64,000 bases of DNA from Fimbriimonadales bacterium (GCA_041744215.1 JBGTLG010000033.1:96001-160000); one strand, 5' to 3'. Shown: positions 36,748 through 47,232, numbered from the stretch's first letter. Numbers and translations are program-made. Notes: generated by a model not told the origin, from the letters alone.

Positions 36748-37241
36748 GTTCGCGCAAGAAACTGGTGATTGTTCGCGGCGACACTTCAGGCGCGTGGGGT
36801 GCAATCAAAGCGTATTGGCCGCTGTTCCTGTTCTCTCGATGGATTCAGTTTCGGAAGTCGTTCGAGTTAGCGATACTCAAGGCACCCACGCGAGAGAGGG
36901 CTATAGAAGCGATTGCGGCAGCGAGTGGCGTCGTATTCTATGGCCACGGCGACAAGGGTCGCGTGTTTCTAAAGGACAAGGCGAACAAGTCTGCAAACAC
37001 CGACGACATGCTCGATGTCGCCGCTGTAAGGACTTTATTGGCGCAGCGCGCATCCCGCGCCGCACCCAAGTTGGATGTTGCAATGATCGCATGCTGCGAC
37101 ACGTTGCGGGATGAGGAGTGGTGCGACGTGTGGTTAGAAGCAGCACGTGTTGTTCGAGGCTACGACGGGCTTACGTACAATTGGAAGAGGCCGCTTCTGA
37201 TCCCCAAGATGCGCACGCTTTCCAACGATCGGGAGGCCTAG
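36744..37241 (+). CDS. Hypothetical protein with caspase/CHAT-like His-Gly...Ala-Cys pattern
   Basis: VVFYGHG and VAMIACC; ATGA overlap with alr. Confidence 0.6.
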   Translation: MSSRKKLVIVRGDTSGAWGAIKAYWPLFLFSRWIQFRKSFELAILKAPTRERAIEAIAAASGVVFYGHGDKGRVFLKDKANKSANTDDMLDVAAVRTLLAQRASRAAPKLDVAMIACCDTLRDEEWCDVWLEAARVVRGYDGLTYNWKRPLLIPKMRTLSNDREA

Positions 37242-39295
37242 CGAACTTCAAGTAGCACCGCGCGCGGCGGACCACCTGGCGATTCCTCGTCAAACGCAGC
37301 CAGCTGGATGAGCAAGCCTGCGCGGTAGGCGGCGGCAACGATTCCGCGAAAGTCTGCAACGTCGGCAAGGTCCGGTTGCTGAGCGAAAAGCGAAGGCGCA
37401 AAGACGTACTGTAGCTGACGTGCCTCTTCCCTGCTTCCAATTACGGAAGGATCGAAGTTCATGTAGATGTGCGTCGCTCCAAGTTCCCTCAGCGCGTCGA
37501 CGAATCGCTGCGGCGAATCGGCTTCGCTCCACGGAATCAGAGTGCTAAATCCAGGACTCGCCCAGAAGTATCTCGCATCGAGATAGAACCCCCTGACTTC
37601 GTCAAGGAGCGCAACTCGCATTTCGGAGTTTTCGGCCGCGAGACGATTGATGTAGGCAGTCGCTTCCCAGAATGGAAACCTGCGCATCGGACCGCCGCCA
37701 AAATCGCCTCCCGACAGATACGCGGAGTCCGGCTTGCCGCTTGACAAGAACTTCATTGAATTGCCGAACTCGCTCGTCGCGCCGCGTTCGATCAATGTGA
37801 AAAGTCCAGCAAACCAGAACAACGTAACTGCCGACTGGATCGAAATGGCTGCAATCGCGAGACGCCGAAAGGCGAGCCGCGAGATAACTCCGCCAAGCAG
37901 GAACGCGCCTGGAACCATGAGCGCGATGATGTATCGAGATTGCTGCGTCAAGTAGAACCATGAGAGGAGCGCGATCGAGATTACGAGCACGCACAGCGCT
38001 TCTTCCCTCCTCAGCCTTCCGCTAAAACACCAGAACAGTACGGATAACAGAAGCAGCGGGCCCATCGTTCCCCAGTACGCGCCGCCATTAATTTGGCGAT
38101 GAGGCTGAATGGCGAGCGCGGTGATTGCTCCAGGAATGGTGAGCGGATTTCGCGATGCGCCGTCGACCCCTTTGTTCGCTTCTGTGTACTCATCGCCTGA
38201 AAACGTCCAGACGCCGAATCGCTTTTGCTCGGTCGAATACGCGTGCGCCATGTCAGGCGTCCAGTCTTTGCCGCCAAAGACACTATAAAAGAATGGATAG
38301 ACCGGGTTTCCGGTTGTGGCAATGTTTCGCAGATACCATGGGGATGCGACGGCGAGCGCGATTAAACCAACGACCAGCGCAGCGGACACAGACTTGCGAG
38401 TCTCTCGCGCGAATGCGCCAATCAGAAGAATCGCAACGACGAGTGCGAACGCGACTTGAAATCCTGTGTACTTCGTCGCGATCGACAAGCCAAGCATGAT
38501 TCCAGAAAGAAACAACATGCGCTTGTCGCCGCCGCCAATGTAGATAGCGCTAAGAACGGCGGCCGCGCCGCCATAGAAGCCGTGAATCACGTCCTGGTAA
38601 GCGGTCCCTGGCTCCCACAAAATGACAGGGACACAGATGAATGCGAGCGCAGCCCAGTTCCCTGCGATGCGGCCGTACTTGTGTGCGGTCAAACCACCGA
38701 CACCAAAAACGGCGAGGATCGCAAGCCACCACGCGATCATCTTCGCGCCCGCTTGCCCACCAAACTCGAGACCCCACACGTACACCATGTTCACCGTGCC
38801 GGGGATGTTGCTGTGGTTCATCCATGAGAGGTACGAGACTTTGCCTTCGAGCAGCCACACTTTGCTCATCGCAAGTTGGTGACTCGTCGTATCCCAGTCC
38901 GCGCCAGCGCTTGGTGTGAACACAGCTGGGAGTCGCGTCAGCACCAGCAATCCGATGACAAGGATCAAGATGCGACTGACCGCATCGGTTTCTCTGGATA
39001 CTGCGAACTGATCTTTGTTCGCTCGCAATCCAACCGCACCGACAACAGCCCATATAGCAGCACCACCATAAAAGAACCACGAGTGTACGAACAAGCCTGC
39101 GATTCCCGCGAAAAACGTGACCATCCCAATCGCGCCGAGTCCCACCGCGCCGCAGAGTCCCCACACCGCCGTCGGAGGCAGTCCACGTGTCCACCTCCCG
39201 ATCAGAAGTGACCCGATGCCGATTGCGAATAGCGTGCCGAATAGTCCAAATGCGAGCGCAATGAGCGGGACGCTCTCGTATCGGTAGTCGGCCAT
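37238..39295 (-). CDS. Polytopic GT-C glycosyltransferase (ArnT/PMT-like)
   Basis: More than 12 TM segments; WDTTSH, ATKYTG, PWYLRN..TGNPVYP and SRYI. Confidence 0.8.
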   Translation of the reverse strand: MADYRYESVPLIALAFGLFGTLFAIGIGSLLIGRWTRGLPPTAVWGLCGAVGLGAIGMVTFFAGIAGLFVHSWFFYGGAAIWAVVGAVGLRANKDQFAVSRETDAVSRILILVIGLLVLTRLPAVFTPSAGADWDTTSHQLAMSKVWLLEGKVSYLSWMNHSNIPGTVNMVYVWGLEFGGQAGAKMIAWWLAILAVFGVGGLTAHKYGRIAGNWAALAFICVPVILWEPGTAYQDVIHGFYGGAAAVLSAIYIGGGDKRMLFLSGIMLGLSIATKYTGFQVAFALVVAILLIGAFARETRKSVSAALVVGLIALAVASPWYLRNIATTGNPVYPFFYSVFGGKDWTPDMAHAYSTEQKRFGVWTFSGDEYTEANKGVDGASRNPLTIPGAITALAIQPHRQINGGAYWGTMGPLLLLSVLFWCFSGRLRREEALCVLVISIALLSWFYLTQQSRYIIALMVPGAFLLGGVISRLAFRRLAIAAISIQSAVTLFWFAGLFTLIERGATSEFGNSMKFLSSGKPDSAYLSGGDFGGGPMRRFPFWEATAYINRLAAENSEMRVALLDEVRGFYLDARYFWASPGFSTLIPWSEADSPQRFVDALRELGATHIYMNFDPSVIGSREEARQLQYVFAPSLFAQQPDLADVADFRGIVAAAYRAGLLIQLAAFDEESPGGPPRAVLLEVR

Positions 39296-39311
39296 TGGCG
39301 CAATTATGGTC

Positions 39312-40133
39312 CTAACGGCGCGGGTCCGCCGGCACCGTCGATTCTCCCCAAAGTTCGAGGATGCCGCCCTTGCTTCTCAGGGACTGGATTTGAAAGGCGC
39401 CGAACAGGCGCAGATCCGCATCAATGTCCAGCACTGGATTGAGCGCCTGCAAGAGGACTGTTTTTGCGCTAGCAGTAGGGAGAGACCCATCGAGGAGCAT
39501 CCACGAATCTTCAAGCCACAACTCGACTCCGTTCTTCACAGCGAGACGAGAACTCACGTAAAAGCTTGTTGTGAATAGCATGAATTCTCCGGTCCCCTCG
39601 ACGTAGATCTTGTCGTTCTCCAGTCGGACGGAAACGGTCTTGATTTCGCGGAACTTATGGAGGATGAATCGCTCGAGCGCGGCAGCATTGATACGCACAT
39701 ATCCTGGGCCCGTTCCAGCCCGGCTCAGCCGCATCTTGCCCTCTCTTTTGGCAAAGCCGAAGTCGAACCGACACTCTGAGATGTCAGCGGTTAACTCCTC
39801 AACGTGAAGACTGCGCAACTCGAAGTCCTTCAGCCGAAGTTCGAGAAGGCCGATTCGCCCCGTCGCAGCAAGCTCGGGCTCCGTAAAAAGGGGCAATCCA
39901 GAAACCTGGAAGTTCTCGGCAGATATCGTCACCTTGCGAAGCCGACCGCTCGCAGCATCCAAGATCCCGCCGCTTTCCGATTGGATCCAGACCCGTTTTT
40001 CGCGCCCTTGGAGTTGGGTCGCCAACTCCCGCGCCGCACGGCGCTCGAACGACTCGGCTAAACTATCCGCGGTCGCCCCGGCGATCGCCCCTAAGCCGGC
40101 GAGAATGAGGGGTATCACCGCGTCACCGAGCAA
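39312..40133 (-). CDS. DUF2993/LmeA-like protein
   Basis: N-terminal signal/TM; GRLRKVTI, beta-rich body, LNPVLDI. Confidence 0.65.
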   Translation of the reverse strand: MLGDAVIPLILAGLGAIAGATADSLAESFERRAARELATQLQGREKRVWIQSESGGILDAASGRLRKVTISAENFQVSGLPLFTEPELAATGRIGLLELRLKDFELRSLHVEELTADISECRFDFGFAKREGKMRLSRAGTGPGYVRINAAALERFILHKFREIKTVSVRLENDKIYVEGTGEFMLFTTSFYVSSRLAVKNGVELWLEDSWMLLDGSLPTASAKTVLLQALNPVLDIDADLRLFGAFQIQSLRSKGGILELWGESTVPADPRR

Positions 40134-40199
40134 GCTATAGAAACGTAGTAAATGAGGCCAGTGTTCACGCTGGCATTTTAGCTTTGAACCCTGAACCGT

Positions 40200-41243
40200 A
40201 TGGAAATGATTGCCGCACTCAAATCGCTACATGAATCTCATCAAGTGACCTGGTCCGACGGTCGACCCGCCGGATACGGGCAGTTCGACGCCGAGTACCG
40301 ACTTCTTCGGGAGGCCTGCGGCTGGATCGACTTTTCCAAAGTGGGAAAACTCATACTGACCGGAGAGGATCGGAAAGGCTGGCTCCAGGGGCAGATCACC
40401 CAGGATCTGCGCAGCTTTGGCCAATACACATTCAGCCAGGCGTGCATCCTCACTCCGACTGGCCAGGTTTTGGCGGACCTCGGCCTTTGGGCACTTGGAG
40501 AAGAGTTTGCAATGCTGCTGCCCGAGGTTTCGGCGGCGGCTGCGCTGAAGCGGCTCCACCAAATGCTGATTCTGGAGGACGTCAAGATCGATGACCTAAC
40601 CGAATCGCACGCTCTAATCTCAATACAGGGGCCGACTGCATCAGAGGTCCTGGGCGAGCGGCTGGAACTGCCGAGGCTGAGCGCGGGCATTGTCGAAATG
40701 CAAGGCGGGGCGCTAAGGCTTCTGCGGCATGATCGAAGCGGAATGGGCGGATGGGATCTCCTGTTCCCGTCGAAGCTGGCTCAGGATGTGGTAAGTCTGA
40801 TCGATGGGATTAGCCCCGTTGGACACGATGCTTGGAACGCCGCTCGGATCGAAGTGGGCATCCCTGTATACGGGGCTGACATGACGGATAAGACGCTCGT
40901 TATGGAGATGGGGCCAGACTTCATTTCTCGACACGTCTCGTTCGACAAAGGCTGCTACACAGGCCAGGAGGTCGTCCAGCGGATTCATGCTCGGGGCCAC
41001 GCAAACAAGATTTGGGTTGGCTTGATTGGCGACGGGGACATTGAAGTTGGGGCCGCGCTTTCCCACCCCAATCGCCCGGACGCAGGGATCGTGACATCGG
41101 CAGCCTTCTCGCCCGATTACGGCCCGATCGGTGCTGCGATCCTTCGCGTAGAGGCCGCGCGGGACGGCGACATCGTCTCGATGCAAACGAAGGGAGGCCC
41201 GGTCAACGCGGAAGTCGTGATCATGCCGATCCGACACTCGTAG
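40200..41243 (+). CDS. ygfZ: Folate-binding YgfZ/GcvT-family protein
   Basis: GEDRKGWLQGQITQD and SFDKGCYTGQEVV (YgfZ signature). Confidence 0.88.
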   Translation: MEMIAALKSLHESHQVTWSDGRPAGYGQFDAEYRLLREACGWIDFSKVGKLILTGEDRKGWLQGQITQDLRSFGQYTFSQACILTPTGQVLADLGLWALGEEFAMLLPEVSAAAALKRLHQMLILEDVKIDDLTESHALISIQGPTASEVLGERLELPRLSAGIVEMQGGALRLLRHDRSGMGGWDLLFPSKLAQDVVSLIDGISPVGHDAWNAARIEVGIPVYGADMTDKTLVMEMGPDFISRHVSFDKGCYTGQEVVQRIHARGHANKIWVGLIGDGDIEVGAALSHPNRPDAGIVTSAAFSPDYGPIGAAILRVEAARDGDIVSMQTKGGPVNAEVVIMPIRHS

Positions 41244-41248
41244 CGGAT

Positions 41249-41500
41249 CTAGTCTTCCTTCCTAACGACGACGATCGTGCAATCGGTGGCAAGCGCAGCC
41301 ACGGCGCCAACCGCAGCCCAGACAGGCAAGAGCGCGATTCCGACCAGGCCAATTGACAGCGGCACTTCCAGGAGGGTCACGCTCTTCTCATTCTTGATGA
41401 TGATCCTGCGAACGTTGCCCTCGTGGACAAGCTCCTTGACCTTTTCAAGCAGGCCGCCGCCCGACACTTTGAATTCCTCTTGTTCCGGCTTTTGGGACAT
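41249..41500 (-). CDS. DUF4342 domain protein
   Basis: EKVKELVHEGNVRRIIIK..LLEVPL; start reassigned to ATG at 41500. Confidence 0.85.
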   Translation of the reverse strand: MSQKPEQEEFKVSGGGLLEKVKELVHEGNVRRIIIKNEKSVTLLEVPLSIGLVGIALLPVWAAVGAVAALATDCTIVVVRKED

Positions 41501-41556
41501 GTTCTCTAGTTTGGCACGGCGACCCAGAGGCCTCCTGAGATGTATAATGCGGACAG

Positions 41557-41583
41557 TTAGCACTCGGACGCTCCGAGTGCCAA
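41557..41583 (+). promoter_or_regulatory. CIRCE element (HrcA operator) upstream of groES
   Basis: TTAGCACTC-N9-GAGTGCCAA, one mismatch to consensus; TATAAT at 41543-48. Confidence 0.92.
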
Positions 41584-41607
41584 TTTGGACAAAAGGAGTC
41601 GCAAGAA

Positions 41608-41964
41608 ATGAAAATGAAACCACTTCATGATCGGATCGTGGTGAAGCCGTCGGAGAAGGAATCCGTCACGGCGTCGGGGATCGTCCTCCCAGACACAGCG
41701 CAGGAGAAGCCTTTGAAAGGTGAGGTGATAGCCGTGGGGCCCGGCAAGGTCCTTGAGAGCGGCAAAGTCGCCGAGCTGGAGGTCAAGGTCTCGGACATCG
41801 TGCTCTATGGGAAGTACTCTGGAACAGAGGTTAAGGTCGGCGGCGAAGACGTTGTGATCCTGCGCCAGGAAGATGTGCTGGCGATCATCGACGGCAGCAG
41901 CGCGAAGGCAAAGCCCGCTGCTGACACCAAGAAGTCAAAGGCAAACAAGAAGGGGAAAAAGTAA
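41608..41964 (+). CDS. groES: Co-chaperonin GroES with Lys/Ala-rich tail
   Basis: [27 protein letters not shown] and KYSGTEV. Confidence 0.97.
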   Translation: MKMKPLHDRIVVKPSEKESVTASGIVLPDTAQEKPLKGEVIAVGPGKVLESGKVAELEVKVSDIVLYGKYSGTEVKVGGEDVVILRQEDVLAIIDGSSAKAKPAADTKKSKANKKGKK

Positions 41965-41967
41965 ACG

Positions 41968-43572
41968 ATGTCGGCAAAAGAACTCAAGTACGGTCCCGAT
42001 GCACGCGCGGCGATTCAGTCAGGCGTAAACAAAATGGCGGAGGCGCTCAAAGTCACCCTCGGCCCGCGAGGACGCGCTGTGGGCATCGAAAAGAAGTTTG
42101 GCGGCCCGACTCTTGTTGACGACGGGGTGACGATTGCGAAAGAGATCGAGCTCGAAGATCGGTTCGAGAACATGGGCGCGCTGCTCATCCGCGAAGTTAG
42201 CAGCCGCACGAACGACCAAGCTGGAGACGGCACGACTACTAGCGCGATACTCGCTCAAGCCATTCTCAATGAAGGCATGCGCAGCGTCACCAGTGGGTCG
42301 AATCCGATTGCGCTGAAGCGCGGGATCGATCAAGCGGTGACCGCGGTCGTGGAAGAGCTGAAGAAGCAGAGCCGGAAGCTTAAGGGCGCGGATGATGCGG
42401 TCCAGGTCGCGACGATTTCCAGTAAACACGACGAGATCGGCGAAAAGGTCGGCCATGCCGTCCACAAAGTCGGACTCGACGGTGTCGTTACTGTCGAGGA
42501 AGGTCGCAGCATGGAGACCACCGTCGAAGAGGTCGAAGGTATGCGCTTCGACAAAGGCTACATCAGCCCTTACTTTGTTACTGACGCTGCCCAAATGGAA
42601 GTCGTCTATGAAGATCCGCTGATTCTGTTCTTCGAAAAGAAAATCAGCAACGTTCCTGACTTCCTTCCTTTCTTAGAGCGCGCTGCGCAAACGGGTCGAC
42701 CGATCGTAATCATCGCGGAGGATGTCGAAAGCGAGCCTCTCGCGATGCTCGTACTGAATCGGATTCGCGCCGGGTTGCGGTGCGTCGCGGTTAAAGCGCC
42801 TGGGTTTGGAGATCGCAGAAAAGCGATGCTCGAAGACATGGCTACCATGACAGGTGGAAGCGTCATCAGCGAAGACATCGGCCTGAAACTCGAAAACGTA
42901 ACAATCGACATGTTGGGTTCGTGCCAGCGGATCATCGTAACCCGCGAGCACACAACGATCATCGGCGGCAAGGGGAAGAAGTCTGAGATCGACGCTCGCG
43001 TGAAACAGATCAAGCAACAGATCGAGACCGCGACGAGCAGTTACGACAAGGAGAAACTGTCCGAGCGATTGGCGAAGCTGTCAGGCGGCGTCACAGTCAT
43101 CAAAGTCGGTGCTGTCACAGAGACGGAGATGAAAGAGCGCAAGGAGAGAATCACCGACGCCCTAAATGCTACTCGCGCTGCTTTGGAAGAGGGGATCGTC
43201 GTTGGCGGCGGCCTCGCGATGCTCCGCGCATCTGCGGTGATCGATCAGTTGAAGCTGTCTGGCGATGAGGCTATCGGTGCGCAGATACTGCGCCGCGCGA
43301 TGACCGCGCCTCTGCGCTCAATCGTCGATAACTGCGGACTGGAAGGTTCAGCGGTCGTCGCACGAGTGCAGGCTCAGAACGGAAACATAGGCTTCGACGC
43401 AAATCAACTCAAGGTTCACGATCTGATGGCAGCAGGCATCATCGACCCAACTAAGGTGGTTCGGCTGTGCGTCGAGAACGCTGCGTCGATTGCTGGTCTA
43501 CTGCTGACAACGGAAGCGGCCGTCGCTGACCTGCCTGAGGGCGAGAAGCCGCACACTCCTCCCGCCTACTAA
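41968..43572 (+). CDS. groEL: Chaperonin GroEL
   Basis: [25 protein letters not shown] and ERLAKLSGG; no GGM tail. Confidence 0.97.
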   Translation: MSAKELKYGPDARAAIQSGVNKMAEALKVTLGPRGRAVGIEKKFGGPTLVDDGVTIAKEIELEDRFENMGALLIREVSSRTNDQAGDGTTTSAILAQAILNEGMRSVTSGSNPIALKRGIDQAVTAVVEELKKQSRKLKGADDAVQVATISSKHDEIGEKVGHAVHKVGLDGVVTVEEGRSMETTVEEVEGMRFDKGYISPYFVTDAAQMEVVYEDPLILFFEKKISNVPDFLPFLERAAQTGRPIVIIAEDVESEPLAMLVLNRIRAGLRCVAVKAPGFGDRRKAMLEDMATMTGGSVISEDIGLKLENVTIDMLGSCQRIIVTREHTTIIGGKGKKSEIDARVKQIKQQIETATSSYDKEKLSERLAKLSGGVTVIKVGAVTETEMKERKERITDALNATRAALEEGIVVGGGLAMLRASAVIDQLKLSGDEAIGAQILRRAMTAPLRSIVDNCGLEGSAVVARVQAQNGNIGFDANQLKVHDLMAAGIIDPTKVVRLCVENAASIAGLLLTTEAAVADLPEGEKPHTPPAY

Positions 43573-43588
43573 TAGGGATCCATATACG

Positions 43589-43625
43589 AAAAACGGCCGG
43601 TTGCATATCGCAGCCGGCCGTTTTT
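43589..43625. terminator. Bidirectional intrinsic terminator
   Basis: aaaaacggccggttgc..gcagccggccgttttt. Confidence 0.88.
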
Positions 43626-43645
43626 GTTCGCCCCAACTAACTCGT

Positions 43646-43984
43646 TTACAATTCAGGGTTCGGGTGTTCGGCGATGTCGCACGCCGTGTGGGATCCTACC
43701 GTCCCGAAGTCGTAATTGCCGCCCATCGGACACTCCGGAGTCCTTCGAATGTAAGGCATCAGGTCTGCGAGTACGACCGGGTCACCACTGTTAGCGCGCA
43801 TCTCAATTGCGTACTGCGCCTTTACCGCATCGAAGATTCTCAGATTGCTTTGACACGTCCGCTTTGCGGCATTTCGTCGTGCAGTCATCATTTGCGGAAT
43901 GGCGATGGATATGAGCAGGCCGATGACCAAGACCACGATCATCACCTCAACCAGCGTAAAACCTTTTGTTCGCTTCTTGTTCAT
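43646..43984 (-). CDS. Type IV pilin-like protein (ComGC-like)
   Basis: KG|FTLVEVMIVVLVIGLLISIAIP prepilin site; conserved Cys; start reassigned to ATG at 43984. Confidence 0.88.
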   Translation of the reverse strand: MNKKRTKGFTLVEVMIVVLVIGLLISIAIPQMMTARRNAAKRTCQSNLRIFDAVKAQYAIEMRANSGDPVVLADLMPYIRRTPECPMGGNYDFGTVGSHTACDIAEHPNPEL

Positions 43985-44133
43985 TCCGCTCGACTCCTGA
44001 GGCTGTTGTTTGACGGGAGTCAAGTCCGGGCGGCGGCTAGGACCCAACTCCACGTCCAGGGGGTAATTCCACGCGGTGTGCCAGACGTGCCTGTGAATCT
44101 TGCCTGTTCAGTTGTTGCGGGTACGCTGACAAG

Positions 44134-45285
44134 GTGCAGAAGGCCACCTTAGAATCCATGTGGCAGGAGCACTTTCCGGGCTCACCCGAGGTTTCATCCG
44201 AAGCGCCCGGGCGGGTAAACCTCATAGGCGAGCACACAGATTACAACGAGGGATACGTGTTCCCCGCTGCCATTGACCGAGGAACTCGTGGTCTGTTTCG
44301 GCGATCAGATGGTCCAACCCGTGTCTTATCGCGACAAGCGGGATGGTCAACGGCCTTTGATCCCGGAAAGTACGTGAAATCGAAGAATTGGGCGCGCTTT
44401 GTTTCGGCGTGCGCGCTGCGCCTGAGAGACGTTACCGGCGAGCAGGCGCCTTCGATTGAAGGGGTGATTGATTCTGACATTCCGTCCGGTTCGGGTCTGA
44501 GTTCGAGTGCAGCGCTCGAACTGTGCCTGTTAAGCGCGATGAACGTGTTTGGGGGATACGGGTTGTCGAACTTCGAGCTCGCAATCATCGCTGCAGAAGC
44601 AGACAACGTGTACGTCGGCGTCCAATCGGGCGTGATGGATCAAATGGCCTCTGCGCTGGGTGAAAAGGACTGCGCTCTGTTCATCGACACGCGCTCTCGG
44701 GAGTACTCTGCGCACAGACTGCCATCCGGAATCTCGATCGCAATTCTCGACACTCGCAAGCCCAGGACGCTGGCATCCTCCGCATACAACGAACGCGTCG
44801 CTGAGTGCCGCCGAGCCGTTGAGGCCATCTCTGCGGTCGATCCCAGCATACGATCCTTGCGTGACGCGACGGAGGACCACCTGAAGCAAGCACATCTCGA
44901 TGAGGTTGCGATGAAGCGCGCTCGCCATGTCTTATCGGAAAACTCGCGGACGATTGCATTCAGAGATTCCCTCCTCGCAGGAGACCTTAAGGCCATTGGC
45001 ACATTGGCCAAGGAATCTCACGAGAGCCTCCGCGACGATTACGAAGTCTCCTGTCAAGAACTGGACGCGATGGCGAGAGCGGCGTGGGGCGCCCCCGGAT
45101 GCATTGCGGCGCGGATGACGGGCGCGGGTTTCGGAGGGTGTTGCGTCGCGCTGTTCGAATCCCAGGCTTCCCGGGAATTCGAGGCATCTGTCTGGGCGTC
45201 TTATGGAATGTATGGATTCCGGGTGCCGGTCTTGTTCGAGACCTCGGCGGCTCGGGGGGCTCGAGCCACGCAGCTCGGGAACTGA
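44134..45285 (+). CDS. galK: Galactokinase
   Basis: APGRVNLIGEHTDYN, PSGSGLSSSAA, GVMDQ and ARMTGAGFGGC. Confidence 0.95.
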   Translation: MQKATLESMWQEHFPGSPEVSSEAPGRVNLIGEHTDYNEGYVFPAAIDRGTRGLFRRSDGPTRVLSRQAGWSTAFDPGKYVKSKNWARFVSACALRLRDVTGEQAPSIEGVIDSDIPSGSGLSSSAALELCLLSAMNVFGGYGLSNFELAIIAAEADNVYVGVQSGVMDQMASALGEKDCALFIDTRSREYSAHRLPSGISIAILDTRKPRTLASSAYNERVAECRRAVEAISAVDPSIRSLRDATEDHLKQAHLDEVAMKRARHVLSENSRTIAFRDSLLAGDLKAIGTLAKESHESLRDDYEVSCQELDAMARAAWGAPGCIAARMTGAGFGGCCVALFESQASREFEASVWASYGMYGFRVPVLFETSAARGARATQLGN

Positions 45286-45489
45286 ACGTTTTCTGTGTCG
45301 TCCAAATAGGCGATCGTTCGTGGCACGCGGACATTTGGAGAGAGGCCTCGCCACGGCAATTGCCCGGTGCTACGGGCAATCTTTTGGGAATTCCGCCCAG
45401 AATCAAGTGCTGGCGTCTCAAAAATCGCTAGATCTGTGGAATGACCCTTTCAGGCGGCAAGTCCAGCCAACAGGAGCGAGGGGTGAATC

Positions 45490-45765
45490 ATGGCAATGCC
45501 AACGTCTAGAATGGAGTCGAGCGGACGTCCCGTTCGTCTCACCAAGAGAGAGATCGAAGTTCTATCGCTAATTGCGCAGGGCTTTAGCAGCAAGGAAGCT
45601 GCTGAGCATCTGTTCGTTTCAAAGCGGACGGTAGACTTTCACCTGGCAAACATCTACGGAAAACTGCAAGTGAACAATCGTGTCCAAGCTTTTCGAGCCG
45701 CGACACGCCTTGGTCTCATTCCCTTTGAGCCAACGTTCAGCAGCCATTCCGGCGGCGAGTCCTAG
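45490..45765 (+). CDS. Stand-alone LuxR-type HTH regulator
   Basis: LTKREIEVLSLIAQGFSSKEAAEHLFVSKRTVDFHLANIYGKL. Confidence 0.9.
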   Translation: MAMPTSRMESSGRPVRLTKREIEVLSLIAQGFSSKEAAEHLFVSKRTVDFHLANIYGKLQVNNRVQAFRAATRLGLIPFEPTFSSHSGGES

Positions 45766-45791
45766 GACTCGCGACGCTAACCAAAGATCTC

Positions 45792-45828
45792 GGCGCGGTG
45801 TCCGAAACTCGGACACCGCGCCATTTTG
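45792..45828. terminator. Intrinsic terminator between convergent genes
   Basis: ggcgcggtgtccga / tcggacaccgcgcc 14-bp stem followed by atttt. Confidence 0.85.
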
Positions 45829-45848
45829 GTTTTAGCAAAGACTTTGAC

Positions 45849-47084
45849 TCACGCGGCCTTCAGCCAGACGGGCACGAACGCCTTTGACTTCAATAGCTCA
45901 ATCGCCTTTGCGACGGCAGGATCTGGGTTGCCTGCTTGCGTCACTTCAGCGTCCGGAACAACCGGGTTCCGTTCAAGCCGCACGCCCTTCGCAGTGACGT
46001 AATCATTCACGGGATACTGGAGTTGGAACCCGTGAGGCAAGCGACCATAAACCGATGCCAATACAGCCCCTGCGGTTCGTGTGCCGACAACGACTGCGCC
46101 ACCCTGCTCCTTGAGCGCCGCAGCGGCGATCTCGGACGCGCTGGCGGACCCCCTGTTTACAAGCACAGCGATCTGTCCTTCGAAGTGCTTCGTTCGCTGC
46201 GCGCGCGTGGTCATCTTCTGAGTCGACCACTCAGCGATCGCTTTGACATCCGTCGCTTCCTTTCCTGTCTCGCGCTGGTATCGATCGGCAACTTGACGCG
46301 AAACAAACGTGCCGATGACAGTGCTCGGCGGCAGCAAGTGGCTGAGGAAATGGCTCAGATTGTTGACCGCGCCGCCACCGTTGCTCCGCAAATCGATAAT
46401 CAGTCTTTTTGCTTTCGCCGCTTCCCCAAACAACTTCTCGAGGTTTTCGCGGCCGTATCCCACATTGAACGTGAACACTCGAATGACTGCCGTCTCATCG
46501 TCCACCCACGTGATTGTCTCCGGTCGAACAGTTGAAAACCGCCGTCTTTCAACCTGAACGACTTCGATCTTGCCATCTGCCCGCTTGATCTTTAGCTCGA
46601 CTTTCGTTCCCTCATCGCCGTCAAGCGTTGTCGTCTCCTCGACGGGTTTGCCGTTGACTTCGATGATCACATCGCCAACCTGAAGTCCGGCGTCCTTCGC
46701 AGGCCCTCCGTCCGTCACGGCTCTTACTACAAGGCCCTCCTCTTCCTTTCGGACGCTCGCGCCAACGCCGATGGTCGATGTCTGAGTCCTTTGGACAGCA
46801 GCCCTCGGAGTCACGAGGCGGATGTGGCTCGCGCCGAATTCTCGCAAGGCGCGATTGATCGCGTTGGTGAACGCCGGGATCTCCGCCGCGGCCTCAACAG
46901 CTTCCGCCTGCTTTTCTATGAAACTCGGCCACTTCGAAAAGTCCATCCCGGGCACGAATGCCCGCGTGGTCACGAACTCCTCAACGCTCTTCAAGACATC
47001 GGCCTTTTGCTCAGGCGTTATGGGTTGGGCTACGGCGATGCCAGCCATGAGAACGGCTGCGAAGAACCCCATGAATCTTCTCAT
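45849..47084 (-). CDS. S41 C-terminal processing peptidase with PDZ domain
   Basis: Signal peptide; IDLRSNGGG, SASASE and GTRTAG. Confidence 0.9.
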   Translation of the reverse strand: MRRFMGFFAAVLMAGIAVAQPITPEQKADVLKSVEEFVTTRAFVPGMDFSKWPSFIEKQAEAVEAAAEIPAFTNAINRALREFGASHIRLVTPRAAVQRTQTSTIGVGASVRKEEEGLVVRAVTDGGPAKDAGLQVGDVIIEVNGKPVEETTTLDGDEGTKVELKIKRADGKIEVVQVERRRFSTVRPETITWVDDETAVIRVFTFNVGYGRENLEKLFGEAAKAKRLIIDLRSNGGGAVNNLSHFLSHLLPPSTVIGTFVSRQVADRYQRETGKEATDVKAIAEWSTQKMTTRAQRTKHFEGQIAVLVNRGSASASEIAAAALKEQGGAVVVGTRTAGAVLASVYGRLPHGFQLQYPVNDYVTAKGVRLERNPVVPDAEVTQAGNPDPAVAKAIELLKSKAFVPVWLKAA

Positions 47085-47094
47085 AGAAACCTGT

Positions 47095-47228
47095 ACGGAG
47101 TTGCGGGGATTGATGTTCCCCCCAGATTAGAGTTTGGTGGGTCATGACCAGCCGGGCTTCCTGATCCCGGATGAGCCCGTAGAGCCCCGAACCCGTACCC
47201 CATGCTCCTGGGCAAGCCCGTGCCATCG
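47095..47228 (-). ncRNA. Candidate structured RNA (possibly 6S-like); unconfirmed
   Basis: Nested pairings cccagg/tctggg, gggtt/gaccc and cgggct/agcccg in an intergenic gap. Confidence 0.3.
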
Positions 47229-47232
47229 CGCG

